Shown: positions 19,651 to 28,494 of the stretch, in pieces
Layout: each line of letters begins with the position of its first letter
How positions within the stretch are numbered: position 1 is the first letter of the stretch
Assembly (NCBI GenBank): GCA_963780225.1
Contig: CAWAAX010000026.1
Span: 96,001-160,000 of the forward strand
From: an uncultured bacterium
Lineage (GTDB): Bacteria > Edwardsbacteria > AC1 > EtOH8
Reading direction: 5' to 3'
DNA length: 64,000 nucleotides
Position numbers and translations under genes: made by a program
Notes under the pieces: model-generated
What the model was told of the DNA's origin: nothing
Seen by the model: only the letters and a program-made list of their open reading frames with translations
Database searches by the model: none

Positions 19651-19686
19651 TAAGGGAAATCGAAGTTAAATTCGGGTTTTCCCTGA
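19651..19686. promoter_or_regulatory. Imperfect inverted repeat upstream of gdhA (candidate response-regulator site or terminator)
   Basis: AGGGAAATCGAA..TTCGGGTTTTCCCT. Confidence 0.4.
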
Positions 19687-19779
19687 TAGCATCAGCCTGA
19701 CTTCCGTAGTAACCTTGAATATGGAGAACCAAATATTAATCATACAACACCACAACAACCATAACGCAAGGAGACATTC

Positions 19780-21138
19780 ATGTCCCACATCACCGACGTG
19801 ATCGCCAAGGTCAAGGGAAAGAATCCGGGAGAGCCGGAGTTCCACCAAGCGGTAGAAGAGGTCATGAAAACCCTGGAGCCCACCGTGGCCAAGCATCCCG
19901 AGTTCGTCAAATGGAAGATCTACGAACGGATCTGCGAGCCGGACCGGGTAGTTATGTTTAGGGTGCCCTGGGTTGATGACAAGGGAGAGGTTCAGATCAA
20001 CAAGGGATTCCGGGTCCAGTTCAACAACGCCATCGGGCCTTATAAAGGCGGCCTCCGCTTCCACCCCTCGGTCAACTTGGGCATCATCAAATTTTTGGGT
20101 TTCGAACAGATATTCAAGAACAGTCTGACCACCCTGGCCATGGGCGGCGGCAAGGGCGGCTCGGATTTTGACCCCAAGGGCAAGAGCGATCTGGAAGTGA
20201 TGAAGTTCACCCAGTCCTTCATGCGCGAATTGTTCCGTCACATCGGGGCCGACGTGGACGTGCCGGCCGGGGACATCGGAGTGGGAGGCCGGGAGATCGG
20301 CTTTATGTACGGCTATTATAAGAAGATCCGCAACGAGTTCACCGGCGTGCTGACCGGCCGGGCCCGGGAATACGGCGGATCGCTGATCCGGCCCGAAGCC
20401 ACCGGCTACGGCTCGGTTTATTTCGGCGGCGAGATGCTGGCCACCCGCAAGAAGGATTACAAGGGCCTGCGCTGCCTGGTCTCCGGCAAGGGCAACGTTA
20501 CCCAGTACACCATCGAGAAGATCACCCAGCTGGGCGGCAAGGCCCTGTCCATCTCCGATTCCGGCGGAACCATCATCGACGAGGAAGGCATCGACGCCGA
20601 GAAGCTGAAATACGTGATGGAGATCGAGAACGTGCGCCGGGGCCGGGCCAAGGAATACGCCGAGAAATACAAGAGCGCCAAGTACTACGAAGGCAAGAGC
20701 GTCTGGGATGTGGTCAAGGATGGCGGCCTGAAGTTCGACTGCGCCTTCCCCTCCGCCACCCAGAACGAGATCAACGAACAGCACGCCGCGGCCATGGTCA
20801 AGAACGGGTGCTTCCTGGTCTCCGAAGGGGCCAACATGCCGTCCAACCTGGCGGCCATCAAGATCTACCAGGAGAACAACGTGCTGTACGGGCCGGCCAA
20901 GGCTGCCAACGCCGGCGGCGTGGCCACTTCCGGTCTGGAAATGGCCCAGCAGAGCGCCCGCTGGTACTGGGACCGCAACGAGGTCGACCAGAAATTGCAG
21001 CGGATCATGAAGGACATCCACCAGCAGTGCCTGGATGCCTCCGAGACCTACGCTACCAAGGGCGATTACCTGGCCGGAGCCAACATCGCAGGGTTCGTCA
21101 AAGTAGCCAAGGCCATGGTGGCCCAGGGCGTGGTCTAA
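19780..21138 (+). CDS. gdhA: Glutamate dehydrogenase, GdhA-type (NADP-like family I)
   Basis: EPEFHQAV, GPYKGGLRFHP, GGGKGGSDFDP, DVPAGDIG, RPEATGYG, ANAGGVA motifs. Confidence 0.95.
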   Translation: MSHITDVIAKVKGKNPGEPEFHQAVEEVMKTLEPTVAKHPEFVKWKIYERICEPDRVVMFRVPWVDDKGEVQINKGFRVQFNNAIGPYKGGLRFHPSVNLGIIKFLGFEQIFKNSLTTLAMGGGKGGSDFDPKGKSDLEVMKFTQSFMRELFRHIGADVDVPAGDIGVGGREIGFMYGYYKKIRNEFTGVLTGRAREYGGSLIRPEATGYGSVYFGGEMLATRKKDYKGLRCLVSGKGNVTQYTIEKITQLGGKALSISDSGGTIIDEEGIDAEKLKYVMEIENVRRGRAKEYAEKYKSAKYYEGKSVWDVVKDGGLKFDCAFPSATQNEINEQHAAAMVKNGCFLVSEGANMPSNLAAIKIYQENNVLYGPAKAANAGGVATSGLEMAQQSARWYWDRNEVDQKLQRIMKDIHQQCLDASETYATKGDYLAGANIAGFVKVAKAMVAQGVV

Positions 21139-21171
21139 ACTTTAAAACCCCGTCTTTGGTCAATGAACGAA

Positions 21172-21200
21172 AAAGAGCCCCGCAGAGATGCGGGGCTCTT
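21172..21200 (+). terminator. gdhA terminator (near-identical copy at 21503-21530)
   Basis: AAGAGCCCCGCA/TGCGGGGCTCTT hairpin. Confidence 0.8.
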
Positions 21201-21239
21201 GAGTTACCGGGAATTGTTTGCCGAACTGCAAAATATCTG

Positions 21240-21268
21240 TTGACAAATAATATTTGGAGCGATACAAT
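21240..21268 (+). promoter_or_regulatory. sigma70 promoter of the small basic protein
   Basis: TTGACA-17nt-TACAAT. Confidence 0.75.
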
Positions 21269-21360
21269 TACATAAATGGATGCCAGTTATTCTCAAAACA
21301 AAAAAGCTTGGCGGCAAACGACCGCAAAGTTAAAGATAACCTTATAAACGGAGAAGAACC

Positions 21361-21462
21361 ATGGCAAAAGACCACGACATTAAAAAGGACACCAAAAAGA
21401 AAGCCGGGAAAAGCCTGATGGAAAAACGGCTGGCCAAAAAAGCCAAAAAAGCAGGAAAGTAA
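21361..21462 (+). CDS. 33-aa lysine-rich small protein (missing from ORF track)
   Basis: MAKDHDIKKDTKKKAGKSLMEKRLAKKAKKAGK; GGAG RBS; own promoter and terminator. Confidence 0.7.
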   Translation: MAKDHDIKKDTKKKAGKSLMEKRLAKKAKKAGK

Positions 21463-21502
21463 AACCTGATCCGGTAATACCGCCTTGGTATTCAATAAAA
21501 CC

Positions 21503-21530
21503 AAAGAGCCCCGCAGCGATGCGGGGCTTT
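21503..21530. terminator. Bidirectional terminator
   Basis: AGCCCCGCA/TGCGGGGCT hairpin between convergent genes. Confidence 0.75.
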
Positions 21531-21554
21531 GTCATTACGTGCCTTCCGGGATAA

Positions 21555-22412
21555 TCAGTGATTGGGTTTTTTGAGGATAAATCTGGAATGTCCTCTCTCC
21601 ACGCCCACCTCCCGCCAGCCCAGGCTTTGATAGAAGCCATAGGCCCGGTTGGCCGGATCGTGCTCGGTGGTCAGCCACAGTTCGTTGTGGAACTGGAAGA
21701 GCCATTCCTGGACCAGAAGCATCAGTTTTTTTCCGATCCCCAGTCTTTCGCATTCCGGCAGGACGGCTATTACCCACATCTCCCCGTCGTTTTTGTTTCC
21801 AATCGAGAAGCCCAACGTTCGTCCGCTTCCGTCCCGGCACAGCCAGCCCTTGTAAGTGGAATTGAGCTTGGCGTTCACCGATTCCTCGGTGATGCCCATC
21901 CTGTTCAGGTCCTCCAGGCTCAGCCGGTTTTCCTTGACCCTGGTCCGTAAGACCAGCAGCTCCGGGATGTCACGGGGCTCGATCTCCCGGAAGGTCAGGC
22001 CTGCTATTTCCTCTGTTTTGCCGGGCCGGCGGGTCTTAAGGGAAAGGATGTGAAAGCTGACACCCAGGGCCACCGCGGCCAGAACGATCCTGACGATGAG
22101 ATTGGGAAGTAAGAAAATGGACAGGCTGATGGTGCCCCATAACAAAACTACCGCAAAGATCTTGGTCTTTATCGGGACGGCCCGGTATTTCAGGTAATCA
22201 TGGATATAGGCGCCGAAAATCCGGTGATTGACCAGCCAGCCGTACAGGCGCTGAGAACTGCGGATAAAGCAAAAGGCGCTCACCAGCAGAAAAGGGGTGG
22301 TCGGTAGGAGAGGCAGGAATATCCCGATAACGCCTAAGCCCAGGGAAACAAACCCGGCGGCGAGGTAGAGATATTTTTTCACCGGCGATCCGGCAGAGTT
22401 TGGCATATTCAT
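21555..22412 (-). CDS. YbaN (DUF454) membrane domain fused to a GNAT acetyltransferase
   Basis: LGVIGIFLPLLPTTPFLL and RSSQRL YbaN motifs; AVLPECERLGIGKKL and NRAYGFYQSLGW GNAT motifs. Confidence 0.75.
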   Translation of the reverse strand: MNMPNSAGSPVKKYLYLAAGFVSLGLGVIGIFLPLLPTTPFLLVSAFCFIRSSQRLYGWLVNHRIFGAYIHDYLKYRAVPIKTKIFAVVLLWGTISLSIFLLPNLIVRIVLAAVALGVSFHILSLKTRRPGKTEEIAGLTFREIEPRDIPELLVLRTRVKENRLSLEDLNRMGITEESVNAKLNSTYKGWLCRDGSGRTLGFSIGNKNDGEMWVIAVLPECERLGIGKKLMLLVQEWLFQFHNELWLTTEHDPANRAYGFYQSLGWREVGVERGHSRFILKKPNH

Positions 22413-22918
22413 ATCTTTCTGGAATCATAGGCCCAATGGAGCAGGGCCTGGCGCTGCCGGGGCCGGCAGTCCAGTTTCCCTTTAGGGCAGTTCTTCTTCA
22501 ACGCCGCCGCGTGGCGCCGGATGGCCTTCCAGCGCCGGATCTGGCGGGCGTCCTCCTCCGGCATCCTCCGCCCCAGGTAATAGCGGCAGTACCACTGGAA
22601 CCAGCCCCGGGGGTCGGCCGGGTGGATCCAGCCCTTGTTCTGCCAAACTTTTAACGGCTGGCTGGCATTGACCCTGAAAAAATTAAGGGCCGGGTCGTGC
22701 CTTTGGGGGCAGAGCTTGGCCTTTTTGAACCAGCTGGCGGGGAATTCCTTCCGGCAGTCTGTCATGTACCTGCCGCCGAAGATCCCCAGTTCCAGCATCT
22801 GGGCCGGGGTCAGCTCCGGCTTGAAATCGGGGTGAAAATTCTTTCCCTCGGGCTCGGCAAGATGATAGTAGCCTTGCTGCATCTTGTCGTTGATGATGAT
22901 TCTTTTTTTGATCTTCAT
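22409..22918 (-). CDS. Conserved hypothetical protein (DPRGWFQWYCRYY family)
   Basis: Host-like codon usage; distinctive W/R-rich motifs; ATGA overlap with the next gene. Confidence 0.75.
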   Translation of the reverse strand: MKIKKRIIINDKMQQGYYHLAEPEGKNFHPDFKPELTPAQMLELGIFGGRYMTDCRKEFPASWFKKAKLCPQRHDPALNFFRVNASQPLKVWQNKGWIHPADPRGWFQWYCRYYLGRRMPEEDARQIRRWKAIRRHAAALKKNCPKGKLDCRPRQRQALLHWAYDSRKI

Positions 22919-22949
22919 GGCAATAGGATATGGGCGCGCATATTTTCCT

Positions 22950-23735
22950 TTAGAACCTCAGGGAAAGACAGCTCAGTCCCCCGTCCAGCTTTCGGAACTC
23001 GGAGACATCCACCTCAATCGTCGGGTACCCGGCCTGCGCTATCCTTTCCCTGGTCACCGGATACCCCGACGGCACCAGAATCTTCCCGTTGATCCACAGC
23101 GAATTGGCGGAATAGGCGTCCCCGGGCTCAATCACGATCCGGTTGAATCCCCGGAACTCGGGACGGTCCAAGAACTCGCCGGTGATCAGCAGGTTGTTGT
23201 TCTCCAGGTAGGAGAGGCCGGTCTTTAAATGGAGCATGGTCCCAAGCGGAACCAGAGAGCCGGTCCGGCCGTGCTTTTCCAGTATCCCGGTCAGCTGGGC
23301 GGCCCCGGCCCGGTTGGTCCGTTCCGATATCCCGATGTAAAAATGGGTGCCGGCCATCATCACGTCGCCGCCGTCCAACGTGCCCGGAAAGACTATCTCC
23401 TCCAGCTCATTGAAAAATCCTCCGAGGACCTTCCGGGTCTCTTCCTTTTCCCCGTTGCGGGCTGGGGCCCCGGGGTTGGTGACCACGGCGAAGTCCGCGG
23501 TGCAGAGAGCGGTGTCCTCCACAAAGGTGGAATCGGGGTAGCGGTCATCCTCCTCCAGCACCGTCACCTCCAAGCCGCACGATTGGAGGGCCCGGACGTA
23601 CCGGCCGTGCTGTTCCAGGGCTTTACTAATGTCAGGCCTGCCCAGCCCGGCGGTGGTGATCCCTTTGACCATGGCCGGGCAGGGTTTGCGGGTTATGGCC
23701 TTGGTGAAAATATTGGTTATAGTATTCACTTTCAT
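22950..23735 (-). CDS. Dimethylarginine dimethylaminohydrolase / amidinotransferase family
   Basis: PDSTFVED, R.GE, DGGD, LHLKTG and DGGLSCLSLRF motifs. Confidence 0.9.
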   Translation of the reverse strand: MKVNTITNIFTKAITRKPCPAMVKGITTAGLGRPDISKALEQHGRYVRALQSCGLEVTVLEEDDRYPDSTFVEDTALCTADFAVVTNPGAPARNGEKEETRKVLGGFFNELEEIVFPGTLDGGDVMMAGTHFYIGISERTNRAGAAQLTGILEKHGRTGSLVPLGTMLHLKTGLSYLENNNLLITGEFLDRPEFRGFNRIVIEPGDAYSANSLWINGKILVPSGYPVTRERIAQAGYPTIEVDVSEFRKLDGGLSCLSLRF

Positions 23736-23762
23736 GGTTTGTCTGGCGGATAAGCGACCAGT

Positions 23763-24593
23763 TCACTTTGTTTCGGATCCTTTCAGATCCATGAATATTA
23801 TATCGTGGGCCCGGATCCCTTTGAAGCCGACCTTTTCAGCCGCCCTGTAAGATCCTTCATTTCGGGCTTTGCAGACCCAGCGCACTATAGCGGCCCTGCT
23901 CAGGGCCAGCTCTGCACAGGCGGCGGTGGTCAAAGCGCCAAAGCCTCTCAGCCGGTGATCCTTGTCGGTCACTATGGACAGCTCATAGGAGTCATCACCC
24001 CGGTTGTAGAACATGAAGGAATAGCTGACGATCGTATCTCCTTTCATCAGGCATACGCCGCCGCTGTTCTCAAAGAACTTTTCCCTGGAGTTCCAATAGC
24101 TTCCTTCGATAAGCCGCCGGGCATGCTGTATCTTGTCGTCGGTGCAATTGTCGATTAGTTCGGAGTCAAATTCCACCATTTTTAAATCTTCGGGCAGGCG
24201 GCTCTTCCAATCGTAAGTCATCTTATCGCACTGGTAGGCAAGGTACGGCATAATATAGGGGGACTTGTCTTTGACCATATCCTTTACGGCAGGGACCCAT
24301 TCTTCGTCAGGAGTAACGATCTTGAGCACTCTCTTGTTCGTAGCCTTGTCCTTGAGGTAGACCCCGTCAAAAGCGGTTTTGAAATCACCGGAGGCCGCCA
24401 GTTTAGAAATGTTGCCATCAATATAGGAGAAATTGGTGGTATTGACGAAAACCAATTCCGGGTCCCTGTTACTGTCGGCGTAAATCTCGCCATCCCGGTT
24501 CAGATGGACCACCGCCGAAGCCCGGGAGTATTCGGGCCGTTTGAACCAATGCTTTAAATTGCCGTATTGGGATCTGTCAAGTAAGTGAAGCAT
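23763..24593 (-). CDS. GNAT acetyltransferase
   Basis: ELSIVTDKDHRLRGFG and NEGSYRAAEKVGF motifs. Confidence 0.8.
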   Translation of the reverse strand: MLHLLDRSQYGNLKHWFKRPEYSRASAVVHLNRDGEIYADSNRDPELVFVNTTNFSYIDGNISKLAASGDFKTAFDGVYLKDKATNKRVLKIVTPDEEWVPAVKDMVKDKSPYIMPYLAYQCDKMTYDWKSRLPEDLKMVEFDSELIDNCTDDKIQHARRLIEGSYWNSREKFFENSGGVCLMKGDTIVSYSFMFYNRGDDSYELSIVTDKDHRLRGFGALTTAACAELALSRAAIVRWVCKARNEGSYRAAEKVGFKGIRAHDIIFMDLKGSETK

Positions 24594-24689
24594 AATAACT
24601 GCTTTTTATGCATATGTGTATTGACTGTGTCTTGGATAATATAACGCCGTGTCAAGGCTGCTGATAGGCGAAAGAAAACGCGTATTTGA

Positions 24690-25196
24690 CTATTTTTTCA
24701 CAAAATGAAGGTGAACATTGCCGTCTTCAGTGTGCCAATGTTTGACCTCAGTCATCCCGTAACTTTGAACCAATGATCTCAAATACCCGTAATCAATGAT
24801 ATTTTTAGTCCGGTAGTTTTCCTCCGGGCAGGAAAACCGATCAACCCACTGATTTAATGCAAGCCAGGAGGAAGGTGATTTATTTGATGCATATCGATTG
24901 AACATGTATTGGAAATCCGGCACATCCAACAATAAAAGAACGCCGGCTGGTTTTAGTTTCTTGATCCATTCCTCAAGTACAGTTTCCAATTTAGTATAGA
25001 TAACATGATCCAGGATGTCTTTCGCGCGTATTTCTTCACACGACCCATCGGGAACAAAGGAGAGATCGGCTACGTCACCAATATGGAATTCAAAATCTTC
25101 GATAGAAACCCCACTGCGCGATTTACCCGGCCTGTGCAAATCAATGTTTAAATAACCGGATTGGAGATCGCTGCCGCAACCTAAGTTCAATTTCAT
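24690..25196 (-). CDS. Class I SAM-dependent methyltransferase domain protein
   Basis: LNLGCG..GYLNID; LKPAG. Confidence 0.75.
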   Translation of the reverse strand: MKLNLGCGSDLQSGYLNIDLHRPGKSRSGVSIEDFEFHIGDVADLSFVPDGSCEEIRAKDILDHVIYTKLETVLEEWIKKLKPAGVLLLLDVPDFQYMFNRYASNKSPSSWLALNQWVDRFSCPEENYRTKNIIDYGYLRSLVQSYGMTEVKHWHTEDGNVHLHFVKK

Positions 25197-25347
25197 GGCT
25201 TTGCCTATACGTTATATTATGGAAAACTGCCGTAGTTTTGCGAGTGACCTGATCTTTGTCCGGGATGCCTAAATCGTGCTACGAATTAAACAAAACGTAG
25301 CGCGGCCGTTCAGACTGTTCTTATGGTTTATTCCGCCAGGGACATAT

Positions 25348-27645
25348 CTACCGCTTAAGCGCGCCCAGGGCCTGTTCCCGGTCGCCGTCCATGTATACCG
25401 TCAGGGTGGCGCCGTCGGCCGCCTTGGGCACATGGATCACCTTGACCACCTGCTCCAGGTTCCGGGCCTGGGGCAACAGTTTTCTAAGGACATTTGGCGA
25501 ATCGGCAAAGAACTTTTCGTTGAAGGTCGCGCCCTTCTCGTCGGGATAGAGCGGCAGGTAGCGGATGCCGGCCTCCACCAGGTCCTGGAAGAAGTGGGTG
25601 CCAAAGGAAAGCTCGGGCACGTAGTCCTTTTTCTTCTTGGCCACCTCGATCAGCATGGCGGTGTTATTGATGTCCGAGTATCCTACCCGGACCCCCAGCT
25701 TGATGTCGCCCCGGCTGCCCCAGCGTCCCGGTCCCATCAGGATGAATTTCTGGCGGGGCAGCTTCTGGTTCAGGTCGCCCACCACCCGGCCCACCTGGAT
25801 CAGTTCTTCCATGTTGGGCAGGGCGTCGTACTGGATGGGGTCGACGTAGACGATGTATTCTATGTCCTTCACCAGGGCGTTGGTAATATAGCGGCTGCCG
25901 GTGAACAGGACGTCGGCCGCCGGGGTATCCTTGGGAACAGCCACGCTAGAGCCGCCTCCGGCCTGGCTCTGGGGCCGGCATTGCAGCAGGTACAGCTTAT
26001 GGATGTCGCCGTCACAGGCAAATTCGATGTCCACCGGAAAGCCCAGAGCTTCCTTTAGGATGCTTAGGATCTCCTTGATCTGGGGAATGAAGGGTCCGTG
26101 GGTCAGCAGCTTGGAGAAGGTGACTACAGGCTGGCCCTCGTTGAGGTTGACCATGGTGCCGGTGGGCGAAAAGAGCTGGCCTTCCTGGTAGATGGAGATC
26201 ACCTGGGACAGGGCCGGAAAATCGTTGCCGATCTCCTGGAACAGCTTGTCCACGGTAATGGTCTCAAACCGGCGGGTCTCCATGTTAATCAGGTCGATGT
26301 TCTTCTGGGAATACCAAAGCACTTCTTCGGGGCTGGCATTGACCCTTAAGCCCGGCTGGCCGGGGCTGATCAGCACCGGGTAATCGTCGCCCACCCGGTC
26401 CACCGCCCTGGTGCCCATCCCGGCCACCAGCCTGATAATGCCGTCCTGGCGCTTGATGCGGGGAGACCAGCGGAACTCGTTGTAGCTGAAGGCCACCCCG
26501 GCATAGGCCGGGAAGTAATACTTGCCCACCCGCTGGCCCACCACCTCCTGGATCACAATGGCCATCTCCTCGTTAAAGTCCAGCAAACCCCGCTCCCGGC
26601 GGTACTCTATGGGGTCGGGCCCGAACACCGAGGCGTAAACTTCGACGATGGCGTCGACCAGCGTCTCCAGCCGTTCGCGTTTGGTGCCCTGGTTAGCCAC
26701 GAACAGGCTTTTGTATTTCCCGGCGAAGGACGACCCTACGCTGTCTTCCAGCAGGCTGGAAGATCGCACGATCAAAGGCTTGTCGCCAAAATCGTCCAGG
26801 CACAGCGACAGTCCGGCCATGATCTCGGGCGACAAGGCAGAATTCTTGAATATCTGCTCCAGGTAGGGGAATTCCTGGCGGATCTCGGCCGGGTCCCGGT
26901 ACTTGATGGTGGGCATCTCCTCCAGGGCGTTAAAATGGAGGAAGTCCAGGCTGCCGTCCGAGGCGATGTACCAGGTCTTGGGGACGGCCAGGTTGCGGAG
27001 CGCGATCGAGTCCTTTTTGGCGTTCATCAGTATCCGCTGGGCCCGGAACAGGCCGGCCGCCTTGCCGCCCAACTTGCCGTTGCCCAAGGCCGGCCCCACG
27101 GTGTGCGAAAGCACCTGAGCGAAGTCCTCCACCTTGGCGCAGCTCTTGACGACATTGATGTAGTGGAGGTCATCCGAGAAGAAGCGGCGGATCAGCGCCA
27201 CCCGGATCCCGGTGCGTTCCTCGGGCGACAGCTTGCGCTGCTCCTCCGGCATCCGGGTGAAGCGGTGCACCGCATCGCTGATGTCCACCAGGGCCACGTC
27301 GCGCTTTTCGGCTGCCATGGAAAGGAAGCGGAACTGCTCGTGCTTAAGCCACTGGGTGACCATGGCGGTGATCTCGTCGTCCAGGATGTTTTCGGCTGCG
27401 ATCTGGAACACCTCTTCCATGATCCGCTCCAGCTGATCCTGTTCCAGGCGCTGGACAGGCTGGTTCTCGCCGGTCTCCCAGCCGGTGGACGAGGATTCCA
27501 GCTGCTGCATCAGCAATTCGATCTGCTTGATGTTGCGTTTGTAGAGATGGTTCATCATTTTACGGCCGATCCGGTTCAACAAGATGACATTGGTGTCGCG
27601 CAGCAGGTCAATGATCACCTGCCATTCGGGCTTGTGGTGGGGCAT
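25348..27645 (-). CDS. PEP/pyruvate-binding (PPDK_N, ATP-grasp) domain protein lacking the PEP-utiliser barrel
   Basis: LGGKAAG, IVRSSSLLEDS..FAGKY, MAIVIQEVVG, GMGTRAVD, DIEFA, LLQCRP; C-terminal GPGRWGS..SFGTHFF; start at MPHH with AAGGAG RBS. Confidence 0.85.
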   Translation of the reverse strand: MPHHKPEWQVIIDLLRDTNVILLNRIGRKMMNHLYKRNIKQIELLMQQLESSSTGWETGENQPVQRLEQDQLERIMEEVFQIAAENILDDEITAMVTQWLKHEQFRFLSMAAEKRDVALVDISDAVHRFTRMPEEQRKLSPEERTGIRVALIRRFFSDDLHYINVVKSCAKVEDFAQVLSHTVGPALGNGKLGGKAAGLFRAQRILMNAKKDSIALRNLAVPKTWYIASDGSLDFLHFNALEEMPTIKYRDPAEIRQEFPYLEQIFKNSALSPEIMAGLSLCLDDFGDKPLIVRSSSLLEDSVGSSFAGKYKSLFVANQGTKRERLETLVDAIVEVYASVFGPDPIEYRRERGLLDFNEEMAIVIQEVVGQRVGKYYFPAYAGVAFSYNEFRWSPRIKRQDGIIRLVAGMGTRAVDRVGDDYPVLISPGQPGLRVNASPEEVLWYSQKNIDLINMETRRFETITVDKLFQEIGNDFPALSQVISIYQEGQLFSPTGTMVNLNEGQPVVTFSKLLTHGPFIPQIKEILSILKEALGFPVDIEFACDGDIHKLYLLQCRPQSQAGGGSSVAVPKDTPAADVLFTGSRYITNALVKDIEYIVYVDPIQYDALPNMEELIQVGRVVGDLNQKLPRQKFILMGPGRWGSRGDIKLGVRVGYSDINNTAMLIEVAKKKKDYVPELSFGTHFFQDLVEAGIRYLPLYPDEKGATFNEKFFADSPNVLRKLLPQARNLEQVVKVIHVPKAADGATLTVYMDGDREQALGALKR

Positions 27646-27795
27646 AGCGCTGGCTCCTTGTGGGATTAATTGTTGTTTCGAAAGGGAGAGAACCTTACAC
27701 GGAATCACGGAAAGGCTGAAAAACACGGAAAATATACTTAATGGGTTGTTTCTTTTATGCTGCTAATTTCAGAATCGTGCTACTGGTTCGGCCGG

Positions 27796-27832
27796 ACCTC
27801 TCCCTTTATCCCTCCCCTGGAAGGGGAGGGGG
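27796..27832. repeat. C-rich/G-rich hairpin repeat (DUF559-associated type)
   Basis: ACCTCTCCC..CCCTCCCCT/AGGGGAGGG; relatives at 31481, 57439 and 63808. Confidence 0.7.
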
Positions 27833-27843
27833 CGGTCGGTGCG

Positions 27844-28494
27844 TTAATAGATCGAATTAGGAAAATTTGAAAAATAGCTTAATCCAAAATTAAGGTAAGG
27901 TCGTTTATTGTCTGAATAACCCTTTGTCCAAGGCAGGCGAATGTCTATAGTTGCTCTGATTGATTCATTGGACAATTTTAAACCAATAGAACTTTCAGTG
28001 CAAATCCTCGATACTTTATAAAATAAAAAATAGTCTGTATGTTGACCAACCAAAAAGGCAATATTTTCGTTTGGAGCATAACCAAGTCTAAAATTAGTCA
28101 GCATTTGTGGGGACAAAACAATTAACGCAGCAACGCCATAGGCTGGGGATTTTGATTCTTTGGCAAAAATGTTTTTTAAAAATGCACCACCAATAAGGAC
28201 ACACAAGTTGAGGGGGTTTGAAGACACATAGTACTTATCTTGCTGCTTCAATAAAGCTATTGATGTAAAACTTGTTTCAAATGACTTAGGGATAGAAACA
28301 AATTCAACAGGCGCGGCAACTTTTAAATTTAATTGCTCATTCACCGAAAATGAGCAGTGCCAATATGCATGTACCCATTTGTTCAATGTTTGTGCTTGTA
28401 CGGTATTGCTTTGAGCAAGCAACAAGAACAACAAAAAGAACGGTGTTAATTTTAAATATTTCATATCAGTATCAAAATATTTATGCATTATCAT
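27844..28494 (-). CDS. AT-rich hypothetical secreted protein inserted between the two PPDK_N genes
   Basis: Long ORF with signal-peptide-like N-terminus; composition sharply lower in GC than its neighbours. Confidence 0.6.
   Translation of the reverse strand: MIMHKYFDTDMKYLKLTPFFLLFLLLAQSNTVQAQTLNKWVHAYWHCSFSVNEQLNLKVAAPVEFVSIPKSFETSFTSIALLKQQDKYYVSSNPLNLCVLIGGAFLKNIFAKESKSPAYGVAALIVLSPQMLTNFRLGYAPNENIAFLVGQHTDYFLFYKVSRICTESSIGLKLSNESIRATIDIRLPWTKGYSDNKRPYLNFGLSYFSNFPNSIY

Noticed and set aside
19666..21021. Long antisense ORFs (also 5078-6427, 9650-10519, 37232-38290 and others)
   Set aside because: Shadows of GC-rich coding strands opposite well-supported genes.
21310..21345. GGCAAAC..CGCAAAG as a c-di-GMP-I riboswitch
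   Set aside because: The two motifs are only 3-4 nt apart, so the first hairpin with its GNRA loop cannot form.
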